A stretch of 64,000 nucleotides of DNA from assembly GCF_006345805.1 (NCBI RefSeq), contig NC_043002.1, forward strand, positions 118,730,001 to 118,794,000, read 5' to 3'. The notes beneath the pieces are model-generated. The model saw only the letters and a list, made by a program, of their open reading frames with translations, did no database searches and was not told where the DNA came from. Below are positions 39,960-52,727 of this stretch, piece after piece; position 1 is the first letter of the stretch; the number at the start of each line of letters is the position of its first letter. The stretch comes from Octopus sinensis (Eukaryota). Both the position numbers and the translations under genes were made by a program.

Positions 39960-40099
39960 ATATCAGAAAGACAGATTATCCTAAAGAGGAATTGAACCAA
40001 AACACCAAACTTGGAATGGATGAAGCAAGTGACTATCATTAATTCAGATAAATTTTTATTTAACAGTTACAAGGTTTTGAGAATACACAATTTAAAAGG

Positions 40100-40420
40100 A
40101 AATTGTTTCTCAAGATTTGGTCCAAAAAGTAATGGATGTTTATTCTAATAAGAAAGAACTGAAGACCTTTTTAAAGTTGGTGATATTTTAGGTCAATGTT
40201 TGCCAAAATATTCTGAAATGGTGGAATAATTTGCAAACTGCACAAGAGAAATGTTGAATAAGGTGGGATATTCAGCAAAGTGCATTTGATAAATTAGTTA
40301 AGTGCATTTGGTAAGTAGTCTTATTGAGAAACCTGCTACAAATGTATTTGATGCCAACAAAATTGTCCTATTGACAACTGATGCTAGTGAAAAATTTATA
40401 TCAGTGATTTTATCACAATG
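40100..40420 (+). pseudogene. Ty3/Gypsy pol RT-connection/RNase H remnant
   Basis: FDANKIVLLTTDASEKFISVILSQ matches the TDAS RNase H motif; degenerate upstream similarity. Confidence 0.6.
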
Positions 40421-40502
40421 CTATTTTATGCTGTTGACTTAATTCAAGCATTGACATTCAAATTTTTTTATTAGGTAAAAAAAAACCTTGAATTCATCTA
40501 GT

Positions 40503-40722
40503 CAGTGATTCTCAACTGGGGTTCTCATGACCCTTGGGGGTTCATATAAGGTTTTGTTGATAAAGTTTATCTGCAATAAATTGATTTATATTTCTATAAT
40601 ACACAATATTTTTTTATACAATTCCTAATAAAATTTAATCATAAAAATGTAATGGAATTTTTTTAAACATCAAATTAGTATGGGGGTCCAGTTGAGTAAA
40701 ATAGGAATCAAAGGGGTCCACA
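40503..40722. mobile_element. hAT-type MITE fragment
   Basis: Begins CAGTGATTCTCAACTGGGG with GGGGTCC motifs typical of Charlie-like MITEs; other end missing. Confidence 0.45.
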
Positions 40723-41280
40723 GATCTAAGCAAAGAACTTCAAAAGGTTATTTCTTCAAGAATACTGAGGTGGACCAACCAAACACTTGACAGTATTTAA
40801 TTTTAATACCAAAATTCAAGGAAAATTCCATTTCTTACATTGACACACTGTTCACTAAATTTTAGACAGCAACTACAGAATACAAGTTCTGGTTGATGAT
40901 TATTTCATACACTGAATAGGAACTGGATGTGTTATGTCAAGGTAGCCTTGTTTCAAAACACTGCATAATCCAGCATTACATAAATATCATTTCCAGACTG
41001 AAAAAGAATGTCTGTAGAAATTTCTCTGATACTGAAACACTTTGTAAGTGTGTCAAACATAAATTAACACAGAAAAAAAATGATATTCTTTACCATGGTG
41101 ATCTCAATGTTTCACCTGAAGTATCTAAAAGGCAAATCATTAAAAGTATTCATAATGATGTTCATTATAGCATTACTGCTATGAAATTGCATAAAAATTG
41201 AAGCATGGTGTTCAAGCTATTCACACTGCACCGAGGACTACATATTTAAATGTCCTAAATGAGTGGAAATAAATGTTTAA

Positions 41281-41501
41281 CCCTTTAGCGTTTAAACCAG
41301 CCATATCCGGCCAAAAGTATTCTGCTTGTTTTATGTTCAAACTGGCCAGATCTGGTCTCTCACACCAACCCTACAATATTGTTTTAAAATTTAACAGCTA
41401 CCTCATCAAAATCTCACAGCTACAAGATAATGAATGATTAGTTCAAAACAATCTGGATAAAAAAGCATTAGTTTTGGCAGAATAATGCGATCACTAAAGG
41501 G
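41281..41501. mobile_element. MITE family E
   Basis: TTAA|CCCTTTAG ... CTAAAGGG|TTAA. Confidence 0.9.
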
Positions 41502-42779
41502 TTAAATAAACAGGCTCCGTTCACAGCCCAAGAGTTAAGCCCCTAAACAATAATAGATCATGACCATGTTAATGGTATCAGTTATCACATTGGATTCCTT
41601 TTCAGAGTGGTCAGAAATTATTTGTGTTCCTGATTGGAAGAAGTCAACTGAAAACAGGTGTTACAAAGTAAATTTTCATTCAGAAAGGTTTTGGTTTTAA
41701 ACAACACCCATGCATTTTCATAACAGTAGTCTATGTTGCATTTCCTTACAAAATGCCCCCTTATCACCTGCAATCAAATGGGACTGCAGAATGAATGGTT
41801 CAAACATTTAAAATGGGTTTAAGGGTGTTTTCACTTCAGGGCAAACAATCAATTACTGTTTAGTTATTATAAATAATAGTCCTCATGTTGACAGGTTAAA
41901 AAGTCATTCTGCTTAGAATAGGATCATGTCCTATTCCAAGGCATGAATCTTGCTTATGGCTTGGTCTATGGATGAGCAGATGTGCTGTTTATAAAGACAT
42001 AAAAAATAACGGTTCAGCAGCAGAAATTACTATCTTTGTAATGCAAGCTGGAAACAACAATGTTATGCTTACAAATGATGGGATTGGAACATTGACTGGA
42101 TAATGCTGATGAAATCAGAATAAAACTTGAACCTTGAAAAAAATGTGGAGGACGGTGATGGTGTACATTGTGAGGTAGTACATCTCTTATTTTGAGAAAA
42201 AACTTGTATTGATAATGTGGACAAGATTACACTTAATGTAAAAATTAAAAGTATTCAATCTACCCAGTGTTTTAAGCTTTTGTGTTTCAAGAGGTAAAGA
42301 TACTTGTGTTATATAGTGTTATTGTAGAAACAAGGGACTCATGAATAATCTACTCCTTATTATCTTTGTGTGTGTGTGCTCGTGTGCACATACACATGCG
42401 TTCTAGAAGTTTTAAGACTTTTTTAGTAGAAGCTGTTATAACTGGTCTAGATTATTATAATTTTAGTATGTCATTATTATACTTCTAAGAAGCTGGCCTG
42501 ACAACTTCTGTTATTCCAGATTGAAGGAGACAGTTGTAACACCACTTTAAACACAGTCTACTAAACACTGCTAGTCACAGCTGATTAGTCAGAGGAATGC
42601 AGTCAAGACATTGACAAACTGACTATGCAATAAAGTTTTGCGTTCAACTGAGCAAAAACACTACAGAAACTTTTGAGATGTTCCAGATTGCTTATGGATC
42701 AACGTTTTCTCTACTACAAGAGGTTCAAGGACAGTAGAGAGGAGGTGAGAGACAATGAGAAGTGTGGGAGGGAGAGGGA

Positions 42780-43415
42780 CATCAGATCATCAGAGCTGGT
42801 TGAGCATTTTGCAATTTACTGGATGAAGATTGTTGCATGTCTATAAAGACAATAAGCATACAGTTTGGAGCTGGTATAGCAACTGTACACAGAATCATTC
42901 ATGAAGATCTGAATATGTGCAAAGTTTGTTTCAATGAAGAGCATCCTGGTAACCTATTTCTTTATTACCCACAAGGGGCTAAACACAGAGGGGAGAAACA
43001 AGGACAGACATAGGTATTAAGTCGATTACATCAACTCCAGTGCGTAACTGGTACTTAATTTATCGACCCCGAAAGTATGAAAGGCAAAGTCGACCTCGAC
43101 GGAATTTGAACTCACAACGTAACGGCAGATGAAATACCGCTAGGCATTTGGACCGGCGTGTTAACGTTTCTGCCAGGTCACCGTCTTACTGGTAACCAGT
43201 TACTTGACTGAGATGGACATCAAAATTGTCCCTCAGCCATCCTACAGTCCAGACATGCGCCCCATGATTTCTGAAGGAAAACCTCAGGGAAAGCCATTTT
43301 GAAGATGAAGGAGGTTGTGACAAAGGTCCTGGACACCTTCAATATGGAAGACTTCCATGGAGCCTTCACAAAGTAGCTGGAGCACTACAAGAGCATTGAA
43401 GTGAGAGGACACTAC
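42780..43415 (+). pseudogene. Internally deleted mariner transposase remnant, interrupted by SINE B
   Basis: ATVHRIIHEDLNMCKVC followed by YLTEMDIKIVPQPSYSPDMRPHDF (YSPDLAP motif). Confidence 0.8.
42955..43185 (-). mobile_element. SINE family B
   Basis: 9-bp TSD CTGGTAACC at 42946-42954 and 43189-43197. Confidence 0.9.
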
Positions 43416-43815
43416 CACAGCCAGAGTGTGTGCCGCCTAGACCGACCCTTGAGTTTGCCGCCTACAGGCTGCCCACAAAAAATACATATTGCCTACAGCA
43501 GCCCCAAAAGTGGTACCACCCCCATAAAAATGCTGCCCGGGGTAGCCACACAGCCCCCCCCCCATTCTGGCTACGCTAGTGTTAGAGGATCCTTCTTAGG
43601 AGATTAGAGCTTTGTACAGCTTTGAAATTAATGTCTCCTCTCAAAAAGTCTCAAAATTTCTGGAATGCACATTGCGTGCGTGTGCTTGAGCGAATGCAGG
43701 CAGGCAGGCATGAACAGTTGAGACCATTTTAATATGTATTAATATTAATATATTATATAGTGTTATTGTAGAAACAAGGGACTCATGAATAATCTACTCT
43801 TTATTATCTTTGTGT

Positions 43816-44048
43816 GGCGGCAAGCTGGCAGAAACGTTAGCACGCCGGGCGAAATGCTTAGCCGTATTTCGTCTGCCGTTACGTTCTGAGTTCAAATTCC
43901 GCCGAGGTCGACTTTGCCCTTTCATCCTTTCGGGGTAGATAAATTAAGTACCAGTTACGCACTGGGGATCGATGTAATCGACTTAATCCGTGTGTCTGTC
44001 CTTGTTTGTCCCCTCTGTGTTTAGCCCCTTGTGGGTAGTGAAGAAATA
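43816..44048 (+). mobile_element. SINE family B with 5' captured segment
   Basis: 17-bp TSD at 43725-43741 and 44049-44065 encloses the SINE plus 74 extra bp. Confidence 0.9.
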
Positions 44049-44462
44049 CATTTTAATATGTATTATACTGAACGTTCAGTGTATACTGGTAGTTCTTTTA
44101 CACAAATGTATACAGTTGAATTATTTAATTTATTGTCATAAATAAATTTACCTCAGTGTAAGTTTTTATATCCCATAAATTTTCACTAAATAATAGTTTA
44201 TATCAACTAAGGGAAAATAAAACCTGTACATCCCTTATAATTGAAGTGCTGTAGAATATTTAATTGCAGAATATTTGTAACAGAATGTCAACCGAATATT
44301 TCTTAAAGCATCGACGCGATGAGGAGAGAGAGGGGGGGGGTTCAACAAAGCCATGGGAAAGTTGTTCAGACAGTTAAAAATGTTTCACACGCTATCTGGT
44401 TTCCTAGATAGCGTCAGAAACAATTTTTTTAGTGAATGAATGGCTTTCTAACCATTCCTTAC

Positions 44463-44547
44463 CATTCTGCACGACTGCCTTCACAACATACATCGATTGA
44501 CATAAATATCAGCAGAAGCAGAGACAAAGAACTAAAAGCAAAGATGG
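44463..44547 (-). CDS. Candidate exon 2 of a minus-strand gene (AIFAFSSLSLLLLIFMSIDVCCEGSRAE)
   Basis: T-tract with AAG acceptor, GTAAGG donor; frame-compatible with 50036-50081. Confidence 0.3.
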
Positions 44548-45842
44548 CTTAAAAAAATAATAATCTAATTTACTTGTAGCAGTCTTGTGGCTTTCTTTTT
44601 TAAGCGATTCATCATAAATATTCTGCCTAGCAATAAACTAATATTAAAGAGAAAGCCCCGTCACTCGACTGCTAGAAAAAGTAATCAAATCTCCTTAAAA
44701 ATAAAGCATACTACAATCTTTAAAAAAATATCTACATTAGATAATAATTCGATGTACCCTAAAAAAAACAAAAAGGGTTTAAAGGGTTTAAACAGTTGTG
44801 ATTGAAATGTGTTTTCTTTATAAGTCTTCTCAACTAGGGTCCACTTACAGCTAGAAATCTATAAATAAAATATTTCATTACAAGTCAAAAACTTGAACGA
44901 AGCAGAAAAAATGGTTTAAATCGCCAAATTTAAACACTTTCCATTGTTGTTGGATATATTTAACAGGTTATTCAAAACAAGAACCAGATTGATAACTTAA
45001 TTATTTTCAAGACGAAATCCTTATTGCCTTCAAAAGAAGACCCTTAAACTGAAAAATCCAGACCTTTTCCCTCCTATATTTTTTTTATCCTCCACGATCA
45101 GGCAAATTTCATTCAAGCCACAACCCTACCGTTTTAAGGATAGACTGGAGAATGCAGACTTCGGTACAACGTTAGGAATGCCTTTTTATCGAAATTTCAT
45201 TCATTCACAGTTTGCTCGGGACTACATATCATAAACTGATATGATTTCGTTTTTATGGTGTATCAATTCTTTTTCGCAATTTAGTCTACATGTATCTGTA
45301 CAATAATAGTTGTCCGATTCGATTAATTATTGTCGGTATTCTCAAATTTCAAAAGCTATCTCATTGAATCTTATACACTTAGTTTGTAAAATTAACTTTT
45401 ACAACTTAGGGCGAACCAACAACAAGGATCTAATGTAATTTACTATAAAATTAACAGACAGATATGTGCCCCGCATCGATTTTATTTCTATATAACTTTC
45501 TGAAAAATACATATTTCTTTAGTGGTTGAGAAGAGGTCGAGAATAAGTACTAGGCTTAAAAAATTAAGTCCTGAGATCGATTAGTTCGTCTAAAACTCTG
45601 TAAGACAGTGCGCTAGCAAGGCTGCAGTCTAATGACTGTAACAAGTAAAAGATAGGTGTATGTGTGTGTGTGTGTGTGTGAATTTGTCCGTCACCGCAGA
45701 CAAAACAGACCGACAGACTAATTAACAGGCTTTACAAAATAAGCACAGGGGTCGATTCGTTCAACTAAATTTCTTAAAGGTGGTGCACCAGTATGGCTGC
45801 ATTCTAATGACTGAAACAAGTAAAAAAAATAAATAAATAAAG

Positions 45843-46257
45843 AGGCACAGGAGTGACTGTGTGGTAAGTAACTTGCTAATCAACCACATGGTTCCGGGTT
45901 CAGTCCCACTGCGTGGCACCTTGGGCAAGTGACTTCTGCTATAGCCCCGGGCCGACCAATGCCTTGTGAGTGGATTTGGTAGACGGAAACTGAAAGAAGC
46001 CCGTCGTATATATGTATATACATATATATAAATATGCGTGTGTGTGTTTGTGTGTCTGTGTTTGTTCCCCTGGCATTGCTTGACAACCGATGCTGGTGTG
46101 TTTCCGTCCCCGTCACTTAGCGGTTCGGCAAAAGAGACCGATAGAATAAGTACTGGGCTTACAAAAGAATAAGTCCCGGGGTCGATTTGCTCGACTAAAG
46201 GCGGTGCTCCAGCATGGCCGCAGTCAAATGACTGAAACAAGTAAAAGAGTAAAAAAG
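45843..46257 (+). mobile_element. SINE family A (preceded by two old 3' halves at 45525-45835)
   Basis: Full length. Confidence 0.9.
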
Positions 46258-46923
46258 ATATATTTTAGGTTATGACTGTCTTGGAATTTGATGTGAAAGA
46301 AAAAAATGGGTTGCGGTTCGGATAGTTCACAAACCTCGACTTTGTTCCCACACACGCTTTGATGAGGGGTGTGAATTATCCGCTCCCGTTCCTATACCAG
46401 TTTTCTCTTCCACATCAAATTCTGATATGATCGTATCTTACACTACCTGAAGAGTATCTGTTGAAAATTTTACTTTAAAATATCGCTTTTTCACAAAGTT
46501 ATGAGGAGGCAAAATCGGGGCTGGGCATACATTTGGAGTTATCCCAAGAGATCTTCCAAATAATAACCAAAATCCTTGTCCGGTACCAGATCGATCCCCA
46601 AATCTAATCAGTCCGAGCCAGTCAGGAGGCCAAACATCTCTGAAAGTTTCATCCGAATCCCTCCAGCGGTTCTTGAGATATCTTGTCCACGGACAAACTA
46701 ACGAACACGACTGAAAACAATTGTGACAGTGAAAGAGTAGAATCTGAGGAAACTAGTGACATTCTGCCTTATAAGTATAGTGATGTAAATAATACAAGCG
46801 GTGGAATATATCTTAGGCCCTGGAGGAGAGGAAGAAAAATCTTATGTTTCAGACAGGATCTTTCGTCATAGAGTAACGAAACCATTCGGACTGGAACAGC
46901 TCCAAACCAAAGTATTCAGCTCG

Positions 46924-47108
46924 AGACGCAGGAGTGACTGTGTGGTAAGTAGCTTGCTTACCAGCCACATGGTTCCGGGTTCAGTCCCACTGCGTGGCAT
47001 CTTGGGCAAGTGTCTTCTGCTATAGCCCCGGGCCGACCAATGCCTTGTGAGTGGATTTGGTAGACGGAAACTGAAAGAAGCCTGTCGTATATATGCATAT
47101 ATATATAT

Positions 47109-47191
<83 letters not shown>

Positions 47192-47392
47192 TTGTTCCCC
47201 TAGCATTGCTTGACAACCGATGCTGGTGTGTTTACGTCCCCGTCACTTAGCGGTTCGGCAAAAAGAGACCGATAGAATAAGTACTGGGCTTACAAAAAGA
47301 ATAAGTCCCGGGGTTGAGTTGCTCGACTAAAGGCGGTGCTCCAGCATGGCCGCAGTCAAATGACTGAAACAAGTAAAAGAGTAAAGAGAGAG
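46924..47392 (+). mobile_element. SINE family A
   Basis: Full length with expanded (TA)n. Confidence 0.9.
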
Positions 47393-47494
47393 ACGTTGAA
47401 CTTTTTTTCTTTCTCGCGGCATAAGATTTATTGAACTATTTGAACTCTTTACAAATTAATAGTTTGACTTTAAGATAAAAAATTTATCATTTAT

Positions 47495-47845
47495 TTTTTA
47501 CTTGTTTCAGTCATTAGACTGTAGTCATACTAGAGTACCGCCTTGAATTTTTAGTCGAAAGAATCGATCCCAGTACTTTTCTTTTTAAGGTACTTATATC
47601 GGTTTCTTTTGTCGAGGAACGTAAACATAGCAACACGTTGTGGGGGACTTCCTCAAACACACACACACACACATATACGACGGGCTTCTTACACTTTCTC
47701 TCTACCAAATCCACTCACAAAGCTTTGGTCGGCTCGAGGCTGTTTAGTAAAAATCACTTGCCAAAGGTGCCACGTAGTGGGACTGAACCCAGAACCATGT
47801 AGTTCGAAAGCAAGCTTCTAACCACATAGTCATGCCAGCACCTGT
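47495..47845 (-). mobile_element. Diverged SINE A relative
   Basis: Same module order, many substitutions. Confidence 0.7.
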
Positions 47846-48910
47846 AACTTATGTAGTCAAATTTCTTCTCGCCACTTGAATTTCAAAAAAATTTCATTTT
47901 TCTCAAACTTTCTGATGACGAAAATGCTTGTAACTTCTTTGAGATCTTTTCCTTTTGAACGGCAGACAATTTCTAGTTAACTGAACACTTTTAAACTTCG
48001 TATACTGGTAGAATGTGTCAAATTAAAACATTTTTTTCTCTTGGCTTTCTTGAGAAAATTGTAATTTGTAAGTTTAACGTAGTTTAATTTTTCGAATTTT
48101 AACCAATCCTATGGCCTCTTTTGAAATTCTCTCAACTCTCTTTTAACCCTAAGATAGTCTTGTTTTCACAATGAATTCTTAATTAGCCTTCTTACAGCAC
48201 CAGTATTATGCTCCGTGCGTCTCATTATGTATATACATATATATATAAAACGAAAAGTTTACTTTTTATACTTTGTTCGGTATTTTGACTCTGGTATAAA
48301 ACAAGCAGTCCAAACATTGAGATAACAATTTTCTCAAGTTTCAACTTGAAAACAATGAAAATCTGTTGGAAAGAAACTATTTTAATCAATTCTAAATCTA
48401 TTACAACACTGATCTTAAAATTGGTATCCCAGTTAAAAAGCATTTGTTTTATCTACCACCAGCTTCCCCACTAATTCTTCTGACAGCTTTTGTTCTCTGT
48501 ACATTGGATCACTACATAATTTCACAACAGTATTCTTTATATTGATAACTATTTTTGATATAACATTGGGGGAGACGATCGAGAGTGGAACGTCAGATTA
48601 CAGACTTTGCTAAAAAAAAAATCCGGTTCATTTCTAATAAAATTTGTGTCCAAATCCCAGTTAAGACGTATCTTTCATTCATATTCCTGAATTCCATAAG
48701 GTAAGGGATCTAATGAAAGTATTAGTACAGTGCGTTTTGTATAATATGAAAAGTTCTTTCAAGAAAATATATATATAGCACAGAAAGTGGTAATCCTGAA
48801 TGCGGGGTTCTCTGAAGTAAATGGTGTGAGAAAAATTCCACCGAAATTATATTTAGTTAAAACTTTCAAACAATTTTCACTTGTATCCTTCCTTTTCCTA
48901 TATTTATACA

Positions 48911-49260
48911 CTAGCAGTATCGCCCGGCGTTGCTCGGATTTGTAAGGGAACTAACTATAAAGCATTTTTAGAGAGTTATAGCCAAAAAATAGCAAAAAAA
49001 TGCATTAAAAATGGAAAAAAAAACTATGATAAATTTTTATAAAAATCGTTGACTCATCGTAGACATTTTTAGAGAGTTACTTCCCTTATATAATAGCGAA
49101 AAAATGCATTAAAATGGAAAAAAATAATGGTAAATTATTTTAAAAATCGTAGACTCATCGTAGACGCGCGCTAAAATCCAGAAGGGCTCGATATGAATCA
49201 CGACTATAAGATACCCGGTTTTGGTTAAACTGCACCGCAAAATGTGGGAGTAGTTAAAGA
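48911..49260 (-). mobile_element. Non-autonomous Helitron, copy 3
   Basis: CTAG end with hairpin intact; 5' TCTTT appears retained next to a sub-terminal deletion. Confidence 0.8.
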
Positions 49261-50035
49261 TTAGCTGTGACCATCACACTGACCATAGACACATCGGATG
49301 TGTATTTCGTAATTATCGAGATTTACCTTTAAAAATGTTCTTTTCATCAAGTCAAAGGGAGAGCCCCTACATTGGTTAAGGGAAAACAGCAGTACGCGGG
49401 GACTCCTTCCTGAATGGCACACCAAACGGAAATTTACCTTAAAACTCATTTAGGAGTGTGGCCCACCTGATAAGCCTTGTTTCTAGAAAAAGGTTACCCA
49501 TACATGCTCTACATAGAGACTCAACCCGCTAGAAAAAGCAGACCATTTTTCTTTCAATTTACGGAAGTATACTAGAAAATAGAATTGGATGGTCACGGCT
49601 TAGCGCCTCTGAAGATAGATTTGGTCAATTACAGCTGACCTGGGGCTAAACAACAACTGGGGGAACTCTAGATTTAGCACCTCAAATTACCCCTCATAAC
49701 TACATTTCCAAATATTTTCCTTTTAACATTGTCAAAACATTCTTTGACATTTACCTAAGCGAAGATCTTCCATTGAAGCCGGTAATTATAGAATTAGGAT
49801 TAATGTGCGATATTCATGCTTTTCTCAAAATGAGTGAAGTGAGATTGGTCCATCAAAGAATCGAAGCCATGAGACCTCCATGCGCTAAACGTTCGCACTA
49901 ATGCGCTGGTTACATAAACAGATTCCGAAAGCATACGATTGAAAATTAGTGAGAACTGATGATGCTCTCATATGCGACATCCAAGATATAAAACGGAATT
50001 AGAAGAGAATAATTTGGAAAAGAGAAAATACTTAC

Positions 50036-50081
50036 CCCAAAGTGTGGCTAAATTAAGAAGGATGAGAAAGCTTAGTTCCAT
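50036..50081 (-). CDS. Candidate first coding exon, signal-peptide-like MELSFLILLNLATLW
   Basis: AAAAATGG start context, hydrophobic peptide and a phase 1 GTAAGT donor. Confidence 0.4.
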
Positions 50082-50099
50082 TTTTGGTAGGTACTCCGA

Positions 50100-52020
50100 G
50101 TGGAGAATAACCGTTTGCACCATCAACAGGAACCGTGTGATTGGTTTGACTGCCTCACCACAACTGGTTCTGGTCTGTTCGAGTCAGACAATTCCTTGTG
50201 AACAGATTGTAGCAAGTCAGTAAGACGTCATAGATTTACTGGCTGATGGTTGGTTTTCGTTTAACTGGCACTTGTAAGCAAGCTAACACAAAGCGTGCGT
50301 AGGTGCATGGGCTCAGCTTTGCGAATCTCTCAGTCTTCAAAGTAGAAAAAAGACGACAATTAATATATTTCTTTATTACCCACAAGGGGCTAAACACAGA
50401 GGGGACAAACAAGGACAGACAAAGGGATTAAATCGATTACATCGACCCCAGTACGTTAATGGTACTTAATTTATCGACCCCCGAAAGGGTGAAAGGCAAA
50501 GTCGACCTCGGCGGAATTTGAACTCACAACGTAACGGCAGACGAAATACCGCTAAGCATTTCGCCCGACGTGCTAACGTTTCTGCCAGCTCACACACGCA
50601 TAAAAAGTTTTTCTATAACACAATGATTGCGTGCATTTATAGGTAGCTATAAAAGATACATTGCTAAAAAAAAAAAGACATATATATATATATAAATAAA
50701 AGCTAGGTACTACGATACTAGTACCTAAAAGCTAAACATGAAAAATGAATTAGTTTACATTTTTTTCTATCATCATACTATGAATGAGTATTTGTAACTT
50801 TAATAGTTTGTGGGATTAGAAAACAATTTAAATAGAACTCAAATATATGCAGAAAGAAAAATATTAATAATGATTTCAATAGATCGGCTCTGTGTGTGTG
50901 TGTGTGCAAAATTAATCCTTTAGAAATCTAAATGGCAAGTCTGCAGACATTCCAGTTCCCGATTGGAAAAGTATCTAAATAATATTATACTGTTGGGGAG
51001 AAATATGGGAAAATGAAAGCAATTTGTAGTATAAGAATGGAAAAGTAACAAACTACTTTTTTTCTTTTTCAATCTACGTGTGTGTGATTCCGATAGATTT
51101 TCTTTCAAAGGCGTCGTCGTTTATAAAGTTGGAAAGTTAGCTTTGTTGGCTGCCGATCAGCGCAGAAGGCGGCGAAGGGGAAAGCGACGGATTAGGCGCA
51201 CTTGCAAGTGACATTTCAACACAGTAAAAGCAAACTCTTTGCAGTAAAACATTATCAATTCTGATAGCAGAACTTAATCAATGACGTCTGCTTAGAATGC
51301 TAATTAATTGCAATTTTTTTTTTTAAATCGTTGAGTGAAAATAAAAGTTTAATAATTTTAAAATTAATAAACATCTGTATTATTGCCCATATTAAGACTC
51401 TCAACAATGAAAAAAGTGTGTTTGATTAAGGAATGAATGGAAACTGCAAGAATGAAGTTAAATTCTAACAAAGCAATGCAATTTCTAGCTTGTTTCGTGC
51501 AAGAAACAAAAGTATTTTATCGCTCACCTTTTCTGCCTTGGTCCGAACTGAAGTAATTATTACTAAAAAGGAAGTTCTTTCTTAAGGCTATTCTTTTAAA
51601 AGTCTTCCACCCTCTGAAATTTAGTTAGCCCATGCCGCTCTTTAGAAGGAAAACAAAATTAAAACGAGAAATTATGCTTAAATAATTACAAATCATTATC
51701 ATTTTTAAAAGGTATCTTATGTGGTTAAATTAGTAGCTGAAAAATACAAGCAGACTTTATTTGAAGTCTTTTACTGAGAAAGCAAACTTTTAAAATCGGG
51801 GAGTATAAACATCTAATGGCACCGAAAAATAACTCTTTAAGCAGTTGCTTATTGTTAATTCAACGAAAATTAAAGTAAATATCAACTTTTGTTTATCAGT
51901 TAGAGATGTTGATGTATTTCGGCTGTCACTTTCTTTGATTCTAACTAGAAAGGAAATAAAAAATCTGGATTTTTAAAAGTAAATTTAAAGTAATTGCTTT
52001 TGGTTTGAGAGTATAATTCC
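50100..52020. promoter_or_regulatory. Candidate divergent promoter region
   Basis: CpG retained in non-repeat DNA; ETS-like CTTCCG at ~52024; divergent candidate first exons on either side. Confidence 0.35.
50365..50592 (-). mobile_element. SINE family B
   Basis: Full length. Confidence 0.9.
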
Positions 52021-52077
52021 AAACTTCCGCCAACAGTTTTCGTCCGCTCTTTCATGTGGATCTCTCCAAGAATCGTC
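52020..52077 (+). other. Candidate first exon of a plus-strand gene (ATG 52054, MWISPRIV)
   Basis: Perfect GTAAGT donor at 52078; possible next exon after the CT-tract CAG acceptor at 53799, open in frame (RHSSSFPIHYTREQYFS...). Confidence 0.3.
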
Positions 52078-52333
52078 GTAAGTTTTCTCTTTGCTTCAAC
52101 CGAATCTACTCAAACATTCATTATGTTTTAGTAATTTACCTAATTGTTAACGTCAACCCTGATTTCCTGCTCCTTATTTGTGTTTCTGCTTTTAAATTGC
52201 CGAGTGATGGGGGGGGGGTATTTCGCCGCCCCCGACAGCGACATGTGGGACATGTGGGACATGTGGGACTGTTTGGGACAAGAAGCAGAAAACTCAGAAA
52301 CGAAAACAAACCTCAGTCTCTTTCATATATGGA

Positions 52334-52727
52334 TGGAAGCACTCCGTCGGTTACGACGATGGCGAGGGTTCCGGTTGATCCGAATCAACGGAACAGCCTG
52401 CTCGTGAAATTAACGTGCAAGTGAGTGGTTGAGTACTCCACAGACACGTATACCCTTAACGTAGTTCTCGGGTGGATATTCAGCGTGACACAGAGAGTGA
52501 CAAGGCCGGCCCCTTTGAAATACAGGTACAACAGAAACAGGAAGTAAGAGTGAGAGAAAGTTGTGGTGAAAGAGTACAGCAGGGATCACCACCATCCCCT
52601 GCCGGAGCCTCGTGGAGCTTTGAGGTGTTTTCGCTCAATAAACACTCACAACGCCCGGTCTGGGAATCGAAACCGCGATCCTACGACCGCGAGTCCGCTG
52701 CCCTAACCACTGGGCCATTGCGCCTCC
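52334..52727 (-). mobile_element. SINE family C
   Basis: Full length. Confidence 0.9.

Noticed and set aside
41085-41125. Short minus-strand exon ending CACCATG|GT as the next coding exon
   Set aside because: Creates a stop when joined to the phase 2 end of 44463-44547; no other support.
52640-52727. tRNA gene calls for SINE heads (families A, B, C)
   Set aside because: No complete cloverleaf or acceptor stem; always fused to SINE bodies.
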